Below are positions 55,801 through 64,000 of a DNA stretch of 64,000 nucleotides, piece after piece. A program made the translations under genes and the position numbers. Each line of letters starts with the position of its first letter. Position 1 is the stretch's first letter. Origin of the DNA: a bacterium (lineage in GTDB: Bacteria > Bacteroidota > Bacteroidia > Bacteroidales > Marinilabiliaceae). The DNA lies in assembly GCA_963658925.1 (NCBI GenBank), contig CAVKRQ010000002.1, forward strand, positions 80,017 to 144,016, given 5' to 3'. The notes under the pieces are model-generated. The model was not told where the DNA came from. It saw nothing but the letters and a program-made list of their open reading frames with translations, and did not search any database.

Positions 55801-58800
55801 CCTGCTGGTTTTGAGCCAACGCTCATTAAGGATGGTAACTCGGTAACTTACACAATCCGCTATAAGCAAAGCTGGTGTCCTAACTCGTTCTACATTGACG
55901 GCAAGATGACCGTCAACAAGAAACGTGACATCAGCGAGTACGGCATCCACGCTGATGACTGCTACTGCACCAACGACTACATCACTGTCGAGGGTTACCC
56001 CAACACTATCCTCAATGAGTATGGTTACGCCAAACTTTATTGTGAGGGTATCCTCGAAAGTGACCAGCCTGATGATGACGGACTTGAGTGGAGATACACT
56101 TTCAGCCCTGTCCTCCGTTACCGTGGTAACAGCAATGGCAAGACCATTGAGTTCACCTACGAGTATAAGGACGGCGCGACCGGTTGTGTCTATCAGGTTA
56201 AGAAGCAATCTAAACTCTACCAGCCTGTTGCTGATGAGATTTATTTCAACATCAACAACACTCCGGACCCCAAGAACTTCCAAGGCGGTTTCAGTGAGGA
56301 TTACTTCTGTCCCGAGGACGACTCTGAGCATCAGCTCGTGCCGTATGTCTACCAGTATCAGTTCTATGACGACGGCTCGCCAATGCTCTCTTATGGTAGC
56401 GCAATTAATAATAGCAGCCTCGTAACTTTCACCAAGTCCGTAACTATCAGTGAGACAGAGGCCCCCGCTTTGGCTACTCTCGGCAATGGCTATCAGACTG
56501 TTGGCACTTATGAGGAGTCTTTCAAGGTTCTCTCCGCTGGTGGTCTGGTAACTATTACTCCGCGTTGGACCAATACAGCCTCAACCTTCAAACTTTCGGG
56601 CAATACACCTGATGGCTTAACAGTACGAATAACAGCTACGCTCGAAATTAAGGACCGCTCTACCACCGCTACGCCTAATCTCGTAGCTACGGTCTCTTAT
56701 GCCATTACGACTCTTGGCTATTATACTTTCAATGATGGCACCAACGTCTCTACTGACAAGGTAACCGATGCCATCCTGAAGAACTATGATGCCTACGAGT
56801 ACAAGAAGGCACTCGACTTGACTGACTACACCGCGAACACTGGTAGCAATTATTACTACAATTTCACAGGTGGTCCCCATATCAAGGTCAAGCTCGATGA
56901 TGGCTCTGTCTCTGCTCTCGGTGGCGGCTATGACGAGAAGGATATTGCTTATTACTTCCTCGATGTCAGTGAGATAGGCAATGGCAACACTGCCAACATC
57001 CATCTCTATGTCGACAATGGTTCAGAGTGCCGTGCCAACACCAATGACCAGTGCCGTGCAAATACTGAGCGCCCTGTCCGTGTCTTGCGTGAGCTTGAGC
57101 ACAATATGCAGAGCAGCTATTGCGCATTCGACACTGATGAGCCAATCAAGGTAATTCTCAATTACCCGTCTCGATATATTGCAGACACTCAGGCTAATAG
57201 GGATAATGGCTACCTCGCCGGAAACCTCTCTTCTACTGTCTATAACTATGACTATGAGGGTGTATCTGGAACCAGTGTCATTAAAATCCAAAAACAGATA
57301 GACTCTAACGGCAATGTCATTGGAACAACGGATGCCGATGGTAATACTGTTTACAATGGTGAGGTAAAGACTTATTCAATCTCCTACACCAAGGGAACAG
57401 CTATGCCTAAGATTGTCTATGATGACAATGGCATTGGCTCTGTCTCTTTTGATTTCGATGACGCTAATATTGACTCTGACGGATCTTTCAAGTGGCAGCA
57501 TGAGACAGGTTCGACAGGTGCTGGTCGTTATCACTTCACTTGGACTTTCAATGGCGACAATCCTTCTTGCACCATGGAGAAGGAGTGGGATGTCTATGTC
57601 GTCAGCAACTCAGACGCCTTCTCTATTTGGCAAGGCAAGAGTTGGCGCGAGGCTTCTGCTACCGAGGTAGCTCGTTACCCTGTCTATAAGTCTGATGTCA
57701 ACGCTGATAACAGTGCTTATCAGGAGGATAACTGGTGGGTAACCAAGAAGGTTAACAATGTGGATGTCACTATGGTGGCGTCTGATCGCACTCCCGCCAT
57801 CCCTCTTTGCTGGAAGCAGAACTTTGATGATCGCGATTCGGATCCTCAAAATATCATATCTTTCCGCCCGACTGAACTCCTTGGTGATGAGGTCCCTGGC
57901 TCATTCTGGATACAGGAGCTCCGCACTTCTGATGACAAGGCGGATCGTGCCATCCCTGCCACCGAGCCTATCGGTGTCAAGGATACAACTAATGCGATGT
58001 TCAAGATCTGCAAGGACAATTTCAACTCCGTGCAGTATATTTCGGACTATGCTATCTACACAAATACCCTCACCCCTGGCAAGTACTACCGCGTCCTCTA
58101 CTACATTGGTTGCGGAGAGCCATTCTCACGCCGCATCTACATCAGCAACAACTCTTCTGTAACAATCTCTGTTGAGAATGAGCAGAACGGAAGTGTTTGT
58201 ACCTCAAAGACTGATGTCGATTCTGAGACTGGTGTTACAACCTCTTCTTTCAACGACTATATTGTCATCCATGCCGAGGGCACCTCAATTAGTCAAGGTG
58301 TCTTCAAGCTCGGTACAGCCGTAACCTCTAAGGATGGTAAGCTCAACCTCCTCTATGATCCTACAGCTGATGCCAATAAGCTTGCTGATCCTTCTACTTG
58401 GACCAATACGGCGTCAACTGTACCCGATGTCCTCAAGGGTATTGCTGTTCAGCGCGATGCAATCGGTCAGGTAGCATACCTTAATATTAAGGACTACCGC
58501 AACGGCCTCAAGACCGACGATATCATGCCTATCACCATCTACTTCGAGTACTCTGCAGGTGATGGCGGCTGCGTATACCGCGTAAGTAAGCAGATTAATA
58601 TTGTTGACTTCGCAAATGTCCAGTTCAATGTGTCGTCCAACAATGGATCTTCTACAGAGCCTCGCCTCTTCTGCGGTGATGATGTCGATGACTATGCTCT
58701 CGCAACGACTCACCCGAAGGTCGATGACACAAACTATGTCCCTGGCGACGGCTGGTTCGAGATAACTATGCAGGGTGCTGCAAGCGGCAAGAGCTTCGGC

Positions 58801-61800
58801 CTCTACTTCAAGAAGACTGGTGACACCGACGCCGTCAAGGTTACTGATTCTGACATAACCAACAAGAAGTATAACGACAACGACGGTCAGTTCTACTTCC
58901 GTCCCGGTGTGCTCTCACCTGGTGTCTACACCATCAATTATATCTTCCTCTCTGACGCCACAACTTACGGCGGTTGCTACAAGACTCAGGCTAAGCAGTA
59001 TTATGTATCGCCCAGCCATCTCTATCAGAAGGCTGATACAATCTATTACTGCCCCAACTACATAAGCAACGGTAATGACACCTATGCCGCTGGCTCTGTA
59101 CAGTCTAACTGGGCTAACAACCCGTATGGCGGCACTTATTCCGCAACCAACACGGCCGGAGACCGTCCATACGACGTATTCAACAGCCACCTCGAGTTCA
59201 CCAAGCAGGACCTCGAGCAGAAGGACTACGGATATTACGCCTTTAAGATTTACCATGCTACAAACGCTACCATTGCATACGATCTGAATATTACTACTCA
59301 GAAGAATGACGATGGAAACGGCAATATGGTCTACACCGACCCCACCATCAAGATGGAGGTCGCTAACAATGCCAACAATAAGATTGTCGAGACCGCCATC
59401 CCAACCGATGGTTACGTTGTAAAGGCAAGCCTGCCGATAACTTATTATCTCTCAACAGATGGCTCTAAGCTCTATGTCAAGACCATCTCCGGCACTGAGC
59501 TCTATGGTCGTGTCAACTTCGCCACTGCAACTAATCTCCAGGCTCCTGTAACCGATAATACATGCGAGCGTACTGTGGCGAACCTCATTCCACGTACCTA
59601 TCCCGCCGTCACTATGGATTTCCAGATCGACAAGACCTGTATGAATGGCGGCGTGGATGATTTCTCTGGCAAGGTGACTCTCACTGCAATCCATCGCGAT
59701 GGACAGGACATTACTCCTGCTGCCGATGGCACATTCTCTTACCAGTGGTACTTCTATCCCAACCAGTCTGATGCCAATAACACCAAGGATGGCGACTTCG
59801 GCGCAACCGCAAAGGACGGAACGAAGCTCACCAACCCGATGGCGGGTACTACCTATGTCTACGAGAATGCCCAGCAGGGATACTATATCCTCAAGATTAA
59901 GGACAACTCTAAGGATGCCGATGGCAAGGAACTCGGCGGATGCTATTTCCGCAGCGATGCTCAGTATGTCGGCGCTAATCAGCCAGTTGACTTTGTTGTT
60001 GATGTCCGTGAGCATTATGACTGCGGCTCTGATTGCGACTGCACAGGAGGTGTAACCACACAGCTCGGCTCCGCTGCAATTAAGTTTGTCGGGACCTCCG
60101 TGCCTACTGACTACACTGTTGTATGGAAGAAAGGTAGTGGTGAGGTAATTCCCGTGACCAGCACGATTATCACGGGTCTTGAGCCTGGCGAGTATTCTGC
60201 TCAGGTTTTCCCCGGAACAGATGAGTCTGCTTGCTCGAACACTGTCAAGTTCGAGGTTCTCACTTTGCCTACCGTTACAGCCACTTCTACTGAAGTCCCC
60301 GTGGCTTGCAAGGGCGGCTATGATGGTGAGTCAACCGTAAGCTTCACGCACCTCGATGATGTCGCTTCTTACATCGATCCTACTGGAGCGACCAACAACT
60401 ACGCTGAGTACTCTAAGTTCTCAGCCGATATGCGCTTCCTCATTGCATCTGAGAACGATGTCGTTACTGCTTCCGCTGCCGGTTGGCAGAAGGTTAGTGA
60501 CTATACATCTGAGAAAGAGTATGTTGTCTCATCTATCGGACTCTCTGCTAAGGCTAAGTTCACCAAGGATACCAATGCAGCCACTGAGGTTAACGCGGGT
60601 GGCAAGCTCCAGAAGGTTAAGACTGACAAACTCGAGATCTCTAACCTCAAGGCTGGCAATTATAAGGTCTGGTTCAAGTACGGGTCTTATGACGCTTGCC
60701 TCTACTCTTATGAGTTCACTATAACAGAGCCTGATGATGATATCGAGATAGTTCGCACATCGGCCGAGGATATCAGTTGCAACGGATCTGCCGATGGTGC
60801 CATCGAGGTTACCTCTATGAAGGGCGGCAAGCAGACCACTAACTTCGGCGATCTTGCCGGCAACTACACTTATAAGCTTACTAACAAGGCAACCGGCGTT
60901 GAAATAGCCTCAACCGCCTCTAAGGCATACAGGTTCGAGAATCTCGCCAAGGGTACGTATGTCCTCACTGTAAGCGACAAGCCTCTCACTACTGGTCAGG
61001 CTGTATGCTCTGTCTCTAAGGAGATTAGCATCTATGAGCCTGGTGTAGTGAACTTCGCTACTCCAGTCTTTGACGCTTGCTCTAAGACAGTCCGCACCAA
61101 CATTTCTGGTCATTGGAACCAGGTTGCGAAGGCAGAGAACCCTCGCGCGCATGTCGTCAAGCTTGAAGTCTCTCTCTGGAATGAGAAAGATGAGATGGTG
61201 GGTGACTGGACTGAGGTCTCTGATGGCGTCGATCAGACCTTCGGTGTTGATATAACCTCTCTCTCTGAGCCCAAGGTTTATGTGGCCAAGTGGCGTACCA
61301 CTTGGGTTAATGATGGCGAGTACACTGTCGATGGAAATGCTAAGGAGTATTATTGCTCAGGCAGCGAGACTGTTGAGATAGCACCATACATCAAAGCGGC
61401 AATTACCTCTACAGTCAACTACCTCTGTGCTGACAATACAACTGAGACTTCTGCCAATGCCGAGACAGGTGTAAGCGCAGGCGATAAGTCTGTCGCACTC
61501 ATTACAGCCGAGGCTACCTATGGAGGCGGCACAAGCCATTTCTACAAGCTCTATCAGGTTACTTCTGTCGAGACTACCCCGGGCAGTGGCGTCTACTCTG
61601 ACGTTTATACCCTCGTATCCTCTAATGGTACTGCCGTTGAGCCTGTCGGCGCCGATGGCAAGTCTACACATACGTTTACTTTGACCTCCGGCAAGGCTGG
61701 ACGTTACATGGTTCGTGTCTATAACGGCAGCACTGATGCCGGCACTTGCGACGCCCAGACTTCTGTTGTCGAGATAACCCAGCCCGATGACATCCGTGTC

Positions 61801-64000
61801 ACCGCCAAGTCAATTACCGCCGACAATGGCACTAACAGTGGTGCTATTGAGATTAATCCTATCGAAGGTGGAACGGCTAATTATAACTGGTGGTGGACTG
61901 CTAAGGATGACAATGCCTCTTTTGACATCCTAAACCCATCAGGCTTCCTCGGTACTGGCAATGACAACCCAATACAGAACCTCTCAGTTCGTGATGCCAA
62001 GGGCAACCGCATATCTGAGAAATATTTCTCACTCCACGTCCTTGACCAAAAGGCCTGCGCCCTCTCACAAGATTTCCGAGTTTGGGGCAATGCCCTGCAG
62101 GTCGACACGACGGTTACACACAACAGCTGTCATGGTAACTCCGAGGGTGTTATTGATCTCACCATCACTGGTGCAGCGCCCTATACCATCCAGCTCGGTG
62201 GCGTGACCATCGCTGAGGATGTCAAGCCCGACCCTGAGGTTAATGAGGACGGCACTGTCAACGTCAATGCCAAGTATAGCATCACTGGCCTTGCTGCTGG
62301 AACTTATAAGGTCACTGTCAAGGATGCCAAGGGTGTGACTGTCGATATCGATGACGTTGTCATCTATGATATTTCCAATATGGAGACCATCTCCATCGAG
62401 GGTAACCTTTGCGCACCTTCAACAGGCGAGATTACGGCTATCCTCAAGGGTGGCTCAACCAAGAATAATGCCTACAACTACCACTGGTATGTCTATAAGG
62501 ATGGTGCTAAAGCCGCTCTTCAGAGTGGTGTCATAACGACTGCTGAGGCTGATGGCACTTCTAAGATTGAGCTCTCTGGTCTTGCTGATGGTGTATATAA
62601 GATTGTTGTCTATGACTTCAACTCAATAGATCAGGATCCAACCACTGCAAACACCTGTTCTGTTGAGTTTGACGAGGTGACTCTCACTCAGTTCAAGCTT
62701 ACCCTCGTAGACGTTCAGCCTGAGTGCGCCTCTGGTGACAAGGGTTCAATTGAGGTTAAGACTGAGAACGCTATTGGCACTCCTACTTATGTTTGGTCTG
62801 CCAAGTCTAACGCAGCCTTCTCTTCTACCAATAGCCGCATCGAGGGACTCGAACCCGATGACTATACCGTCTCTGTGACAGACCCAGGTCGCACTGAGAC
62901 TCTTGGCTCAACCGCTGCTTGTGTCTTCACTGCGATGAAGACTCTCGCCTACGTCAAGAACATTGCTCCGGACAAGGCTCTCTCAGAGTTTGTAACTGTT
63001 GAGACTTGTGCAGGTGATGGTAACTCTATTGAGCCGCTCGTTAATTTCCAAGGCTTCGAGGACTACTATCAGACTGTTCTTGATGCTGATAACAACATCG
63101 TCTACGAAGAGGATGGTGTAACTCCTAAGCAAGAGCTTGTCACTGCCGATGCGCAAATGCGTCAAACCATCTTCACTTGGACCGGACCTAACGGCTACAG
63201 CAAGTCTGTTAAGGTCGCTCGTTCAAGCGGTAAGACTGGCCAATATTATCTTGAGAGCGTCAAACTCCCCACACAGGTGACTTATGACGCTACGACAGGC
63301 GCTCCCTCTGTTAAGACTCTCACTTACACTCTCACCATGAAGAGCGGTAACTGTGAGTTCTCTGAGGATGTTGACATCACTGGCATCTTGCCAATCTATT
63401 TCAACCTCAAGGTCAATGACATGTGCGACTACGACAAGCGCACTATTCAAATGACCGATTTCAGCTACGCTGGTAGCGAGTCTCAATATACCTTCGCTTG
63501 GACTGGCGACAACATGCCGGCAGGTATGACCTTCAACGCTGTCAACGGCGTGACCTCTGTCATCCCCAATGGTGGACGCTATTGGCTCAAGGTCACAAAG
63601 AACAGCAATGCCGATTGCACGCTGACTAAGGAGATTTTCCTGACTCCACAGCCCGAAATCGAGGTTGTGACTGTAACTGATGTCCTGTGTGCTAATGGCA
63701 ACAAAGGCTTCATTGAGGTTACTACCAATCCTACTTATGATGACAAGACATTTGTCGCTTATGGCGATAAAGACAATGTCTATAATTACACCTATTCATA
63801 TGAGTGGAAGTACAATGAGTCGACCGATGAGACGACTGTTCCTACTTCATTCTCATCATTGCCTTCAACTGCCGTCAACGACGGAACTAAGCCCTATACA
63901 ATTACAGGCCCCACTGGATGGTATCAGGTAACCTCTAAGATTAACTATACTGACGGAACCACGACCTATGACTGTTCTGAGTCCAAGGCCATCTTCTTGC
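52870..64000 (+). CDS. Giant secreted cell-surface protein (more than 3,710 aa visible, 3' end beyond the window) with Ig-like Cys-marked modules and SprB-type repeats. Probable T9SS cargo/adhesin.
   Basis: Absent from the ORF track because no stop occurs in this frame (positions = 1 mod 3) after 52828. All listed plus-strand ORFs in this span are in another frame. I translated the frame by eye along its length and spot-verified it at 53101, 60001 and 63961. Signal peptide MKLSLRILRSRLLSAALTLAAFSNVAVA. An in-frame ATG 14 codons upstream (52828) is less likely. SprB-repeat-like motifs occur from about 59630 onward. Confidence 0.85.
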   Translation, partial: MKLSLRILRSRLLSAALTLAAFSNVAVAWPVSVNPDVSSVDYVSPFDSPSFSFAQGSNDCTGVYFYEQGDEASQYYLYIKVYNNGVECTSTATSKVIVNNITCNAQYQTAGTYAGYYRLSEFSTREKQKIQSAIANGQSLTFSNLNNIQGGPTGNFTATLGVDPCQECPDPTTFAAKKLSITANGTYGCANDQTTYLETTGSYEGVTFTVYTESTSGSGSFDKKYQFKSASTSASGTTLATSDYSVVAVNNEALRFFIPDAGKYRIKATCGSLDYGFLDGTFEVRGYSDKTQIGNLSYCTSDLDGVVLKIQNSEFDVKYTLYRNNRIYSNGKYSVTGKADNGTDEIDISTLKESGTYTVVAQRSGCNSTKTVSGQLIITAGGTRQLVATKSGTTTAAGQQCATNSYSIGINKYVAGVTYTLVYTNDAGNKTDVESFTPTNDGTNYQFTTKVSAKGTYTISTNISCETVEGELVITDGKTADVTLVKENDGCDYTFSIKGLTSTDYMYYIYVEGETTSAGKQINRAAQAGNGGDLDNVYKYHTTDNTVTFKAYALPKDATDESCRIEVNGAIVVPGVPKAPTPTKSDYYFCGADGADVDITVDESVTGNAYLYTTAGKEVQMQNVKIDKTTFRFKNIPAGSYYAVIKNEAECESEHSSSIKVTGREYNPTLSPAIPKVFCMSSDGKTPYKVSIVYADGPKNNATAYKFKVHIVPEVGKSYTVSSTDATVSQTNSYTYQFTFVADDYELTQGTVDIYIETEPGQTDLICESEHYQFSIQPQPDKPVVSVTYSQASTVACEGDEAYLSASSASSSADGDTWFYVYADKEPDATASPLAILKSKNDVYNFTVKIPDGAPTGTGYYDGDGNYHRFYYVVARDAQQQGCESDPTTYEMVIRPNNTALNIEQNDPRWSICEDTDPVTLSSYFYPGDGTFYIVGTDQDKLLPIKKKINGSTVFDPRIFTPDGIDYDAGGYTADDIPAGFEPTLIKDGNSVTYTIRYKQSWCPNSFYIDGKMTVNKKRDISEYGIHADDCYCTNDYITVEGYPNTILNEYGYAKLYCEGILESDQPDDDGLEWRYTFSPVLRYRGNSNGKTIEFTYEYKDGATGCVYQVKKQSKLYQPVADEIYFNINNTPDPKNFQGGFSEDYFCPEDDSEHQLVPYVYQYQFYDDGSPMLSYGSAINNSSLVTFTKSVTISETEAPALATLGNGYQTVGTYEESFKVLSAGGLVTITPRWTNTASTFKLSGNTPDGLTVRITATLEIKDRSTTATPNLVATVSYAITTLGYYTFNDGTNVSTDKVTDAILKNYDAYEYKKALDLTDYTANTGSNYYYNFTGGPHIKVKLDDGSVSALGGGYDEKDIAYYFLDVSEIGNGNTANIHLYVDNGSECRANTNDQCRANTERPVRVLRELEHNMQSSYCAFDTDEPIKVILNYPSRYIADTQANRDNGYLAGNLSSTVYNYDYEGVSGTSVIKIQKQIDSNGNVIGTTDADGNTVYNGEVKTYSISYTKGTAMPKIVYDDNGIGSVSFDFDDANIDSDGSFKWQHETGSTGAGRYHFTWTFNGDNPSCTMEKEWDVYVVSNSDAFSIWQGKSWREASATEVARYPVYKSDVNADNSAYQEDNWWVTKKVNNVDVTMVASDRTPAIPLCWKQNFDDRDSDPQNIISFRPTELLGDEVPGSFWIQELRTSDDKADRAIPATEPIGVKDTTNAMFKICKDNFNSVQYISDYAIYTNTLTPGKYYRVLYYIGCGEPFSRRIYISNNSSVTISVENEQNGSVCTSKTDVDSETGVTTSSFNDYIVIHAEGTSISQGVFKLGTAVTSKDGKLNLLYDPTADANKLADPSTWTNTASTVPDVLKGIAVQRDAIGQVAYLNIKDYRNGLKTDDIMPITIYFEYSAGDGGCVYRVSKQINIVDFANVQFNVSSNNGSSTEPRLFCGDDVDDYALATTHPKVDDTNYVPGDGWFEITMQGAASGKSFGLYFKKTGDTDAVKVTDSDITNKKYNDNDGQFYFRPGVLSPGVYTINYIFLSDATTYGGCYKTQAKQYYVSPSHLYQKADTIYYCPNYISNGNDTYAAGSVQSNWANNPYGGTYSATNTAGDRPYDVFNSHLEFTKQDLEQKDYGYYAFKIYHATNATIAYDLNITTQKNDDGNGNMVYTDPTIKMEVANNANNKIVETAIPTDGYVVKASLPITYYLSTDGSKLYVKTISGTELYGRVNFATATNLQAPVTDNTCERTVANLIPRTYPAVTMDFQIDKTCMNGGVDDFSGKVTLTAIHRDGQDITPAADGTFSYQWYFYPNQSDANNTKDGDFGATAKDGTKLTNPMAGTTYVYENAQQGYYILKIKDNSKDADGKELGGCYFRSDAQYVGANQPVDFVVDVREHYDCGSDCDCTGGVTTQLGSAAIKFVGTSVPTDYTVVWKKGSGEVIPVTSTIITGLEPGEYSAQVFPGTDESACSNTVKFEVLTLPTVTATSTEVPVACKGGYDGESTVSFTHLDDVASYIDPTGATNNYAEYSKFSADMRFLIASENDVVTASAAGWQKVSDYTSEKEYVVSSIGLSAKAKFTKDTNAATEVNAGGKLQKVKTDKLEISNLKAGNYKVWFKYGSYDACLYSYEFTITEPDDDIEIVRTSAEDISCNGSADGAIEVTSMKGGKQTTNFGDLAGNYTYKLTNKATGVEIASTASKAYRFENLAKGTYVLTVSDKPLTTGQAVCSVSKEISIYEPGVVNFATPVFDACSKTVRTNISGHWNQVAKAENPRAHVVKLEVSLWNEKDEMVGDWTEVSDGVDQTFGVDITSLSEPKVYVAKWRTTWVNDGEYTVDGNAKEYYCSGSETVEIAPYIKAAITSTVNYLCADNTTETSANAETGVSAGDKSVALITAEATYGGGTSHFYKLYQVTSVETTPGSGVYSDVYTLVSSNGTAVEPVGADGKSTHTFTLTSGKAGRYMVRVYNGSTDAGTCDAQTSVVEITQPDDIRVTAKSITADNGTNSGAIEINPIEGGTANYNWWWTAKDDNASFDILNPSGFLGTGNDNPIQNLSVRDAKGNRISEKYFSLHVLDQKACALSQDFRVWGNALQVDTTVTHNSCHGNSEGVIDLTITGAAPYTIQLGGVTIAEDVKPDPEVNEDGTVNVNAKYSITGLAAGTYKVTVKDAKGVTVDIDDVVIYDISNMETISIEGNLCAPSTGEITAILKGGSTKNNAYNYHWYVYKDGAKAALQSGVITTAEADGTSKIELSGLADGVYKIVVYDFNSIDQDPTTANTCSVEFDEVTLTQFKLTLVDVQPECASGDKGSIEVKTENAIGTPTYVWSAKSNAAFSSTNSRIEGLEPDDYTVSVTDPGRTETLGSTAACVFTAMKTLAYVKNIAPDKALSEFVTVETCAGDGNSIEPLVNFQGFEDYYQTVLDADNNIVYEEDGVTPKQELVTADAQMRQTIFTWTGPNGYSKSVKVARSSGKTGQYYLESVKLPTQVTYDATTGAPSVKTLTYTLTMKSGNCEFSEDVDITGILPIYFNLKVNDMCDYDKRTIQMTDFSYAGSESQYTFAWTGDNMPAGMTFNAVNGVTSVIPNGGRYWLKVTKNSNADCTLTKEIFLTPQPEIEVVTVTDVLCANGNKGFIEVTTNPTYDDKTFVAYGDKDNVYNYTYSYEWKYNESTDETTVPTSFSSLPSTAVNDGTKPYTITGPTGWYQVTSKINYTDGTTTYDCSESKAIFL
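59630..64000 (+). other. SprB-repeat-like segment of the giant ORF (protein-level repeats)
   Basis: Recurrent C-x-G/A-x-x-D/N/T-G-x-I-x-V ... GG..(P)Y.Y.W pattern: KTCMNGGVDDFSGKVTL...FSYQWYF; VACKGGYDGESTVSF; ISCNGSADGAIEVTSMKGG; NSCHGNSEGVIDLTITGAAPYTIQLGG; LCAPSTGEITAILKGGSTKNNAYNYHWYV; PECASGDKGSIEVKTENAIGTPTYVWSA; VLCANGNKGFIEVTTNP. Confidence 0.6.

Noticed and set aside
53302-63486. Many 60-230-aa ORFs on the minus strand and in plus frame 2 across the last 11 kb (e.g. 55633-56331, 59452-60015, 55925-56425).
   Set aside because: All overlap the single uninterrupted frame-1 ORF, which has a signal peptide and coherent repeat motifs. They are shadow ORFs, not a cluster of small genes.

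Overview
This 64-kb chromosomal window reads as Bacteroidota, probably Bacteroidales-like. Supporting signs are an SprA/T9SS gene, a Bacteroides-type N-succinylornithine carbamoyltransferase, a split F-ATPase locus with a short epsilon subunit, and TAnnTTTG -7 boxes upstream of many genes. I support 42 protein-coding genes and one tRNA-Arg(TCT). There is no rRNA, CRISPR array, integrase, transposase or recognisable defence island.

Most of the content is housekeeping:
- F1Fo ATP synthase in two loci (atpDC; bactofilin, a small membrane protein, then atpBEFHAG).
- Biosynthetic and core genes: dapD, tsaC, argF', murF, proCBA, rimP-nusA-infB, ruvA, thiL, dprA.
- A znuACB-like metal uptake operon.

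The non-core or unusual content is:
1. A giant ORF (52870 to beyond 64000, more than 3,710 codons, still open at the window edge). It has Cys-marked Ig-like modules and SprB-type repeats and is AT-richer than its neighbours. It lies about 4.5 kb from the T9SS translocon gene sprA.
2. A stand-alone PL1 pectate lyase with a T9SS C-terminal sorting domain.
3. A lambda-CI/LexA-like S24 repressor directly upstream of a MATE (DinF-like) exporter.
4. A roughly 1,020-aa ABC ATPase-permease fusion with large extra N- and C-terminal domains.
5. A GntR(YtrA-like)/ABC-ATPase/GIN-domain lipoprotein/membrane-protein module.
6. Several structured or unexplained non-coding stretches: the TonB-dependent receptor leader, the dapD-tsaC spacer, the rimP leader hairpin, the nusA-infB spacer and the tRNA-Arg 3' flank.

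I see no compelling evidence for a wholly new multi-gene system. The giant adhesin-like gene and the small regulator/transporter modules are the items most worth follow-up. All family assignments come from motif recognition by eye, not from database searches.
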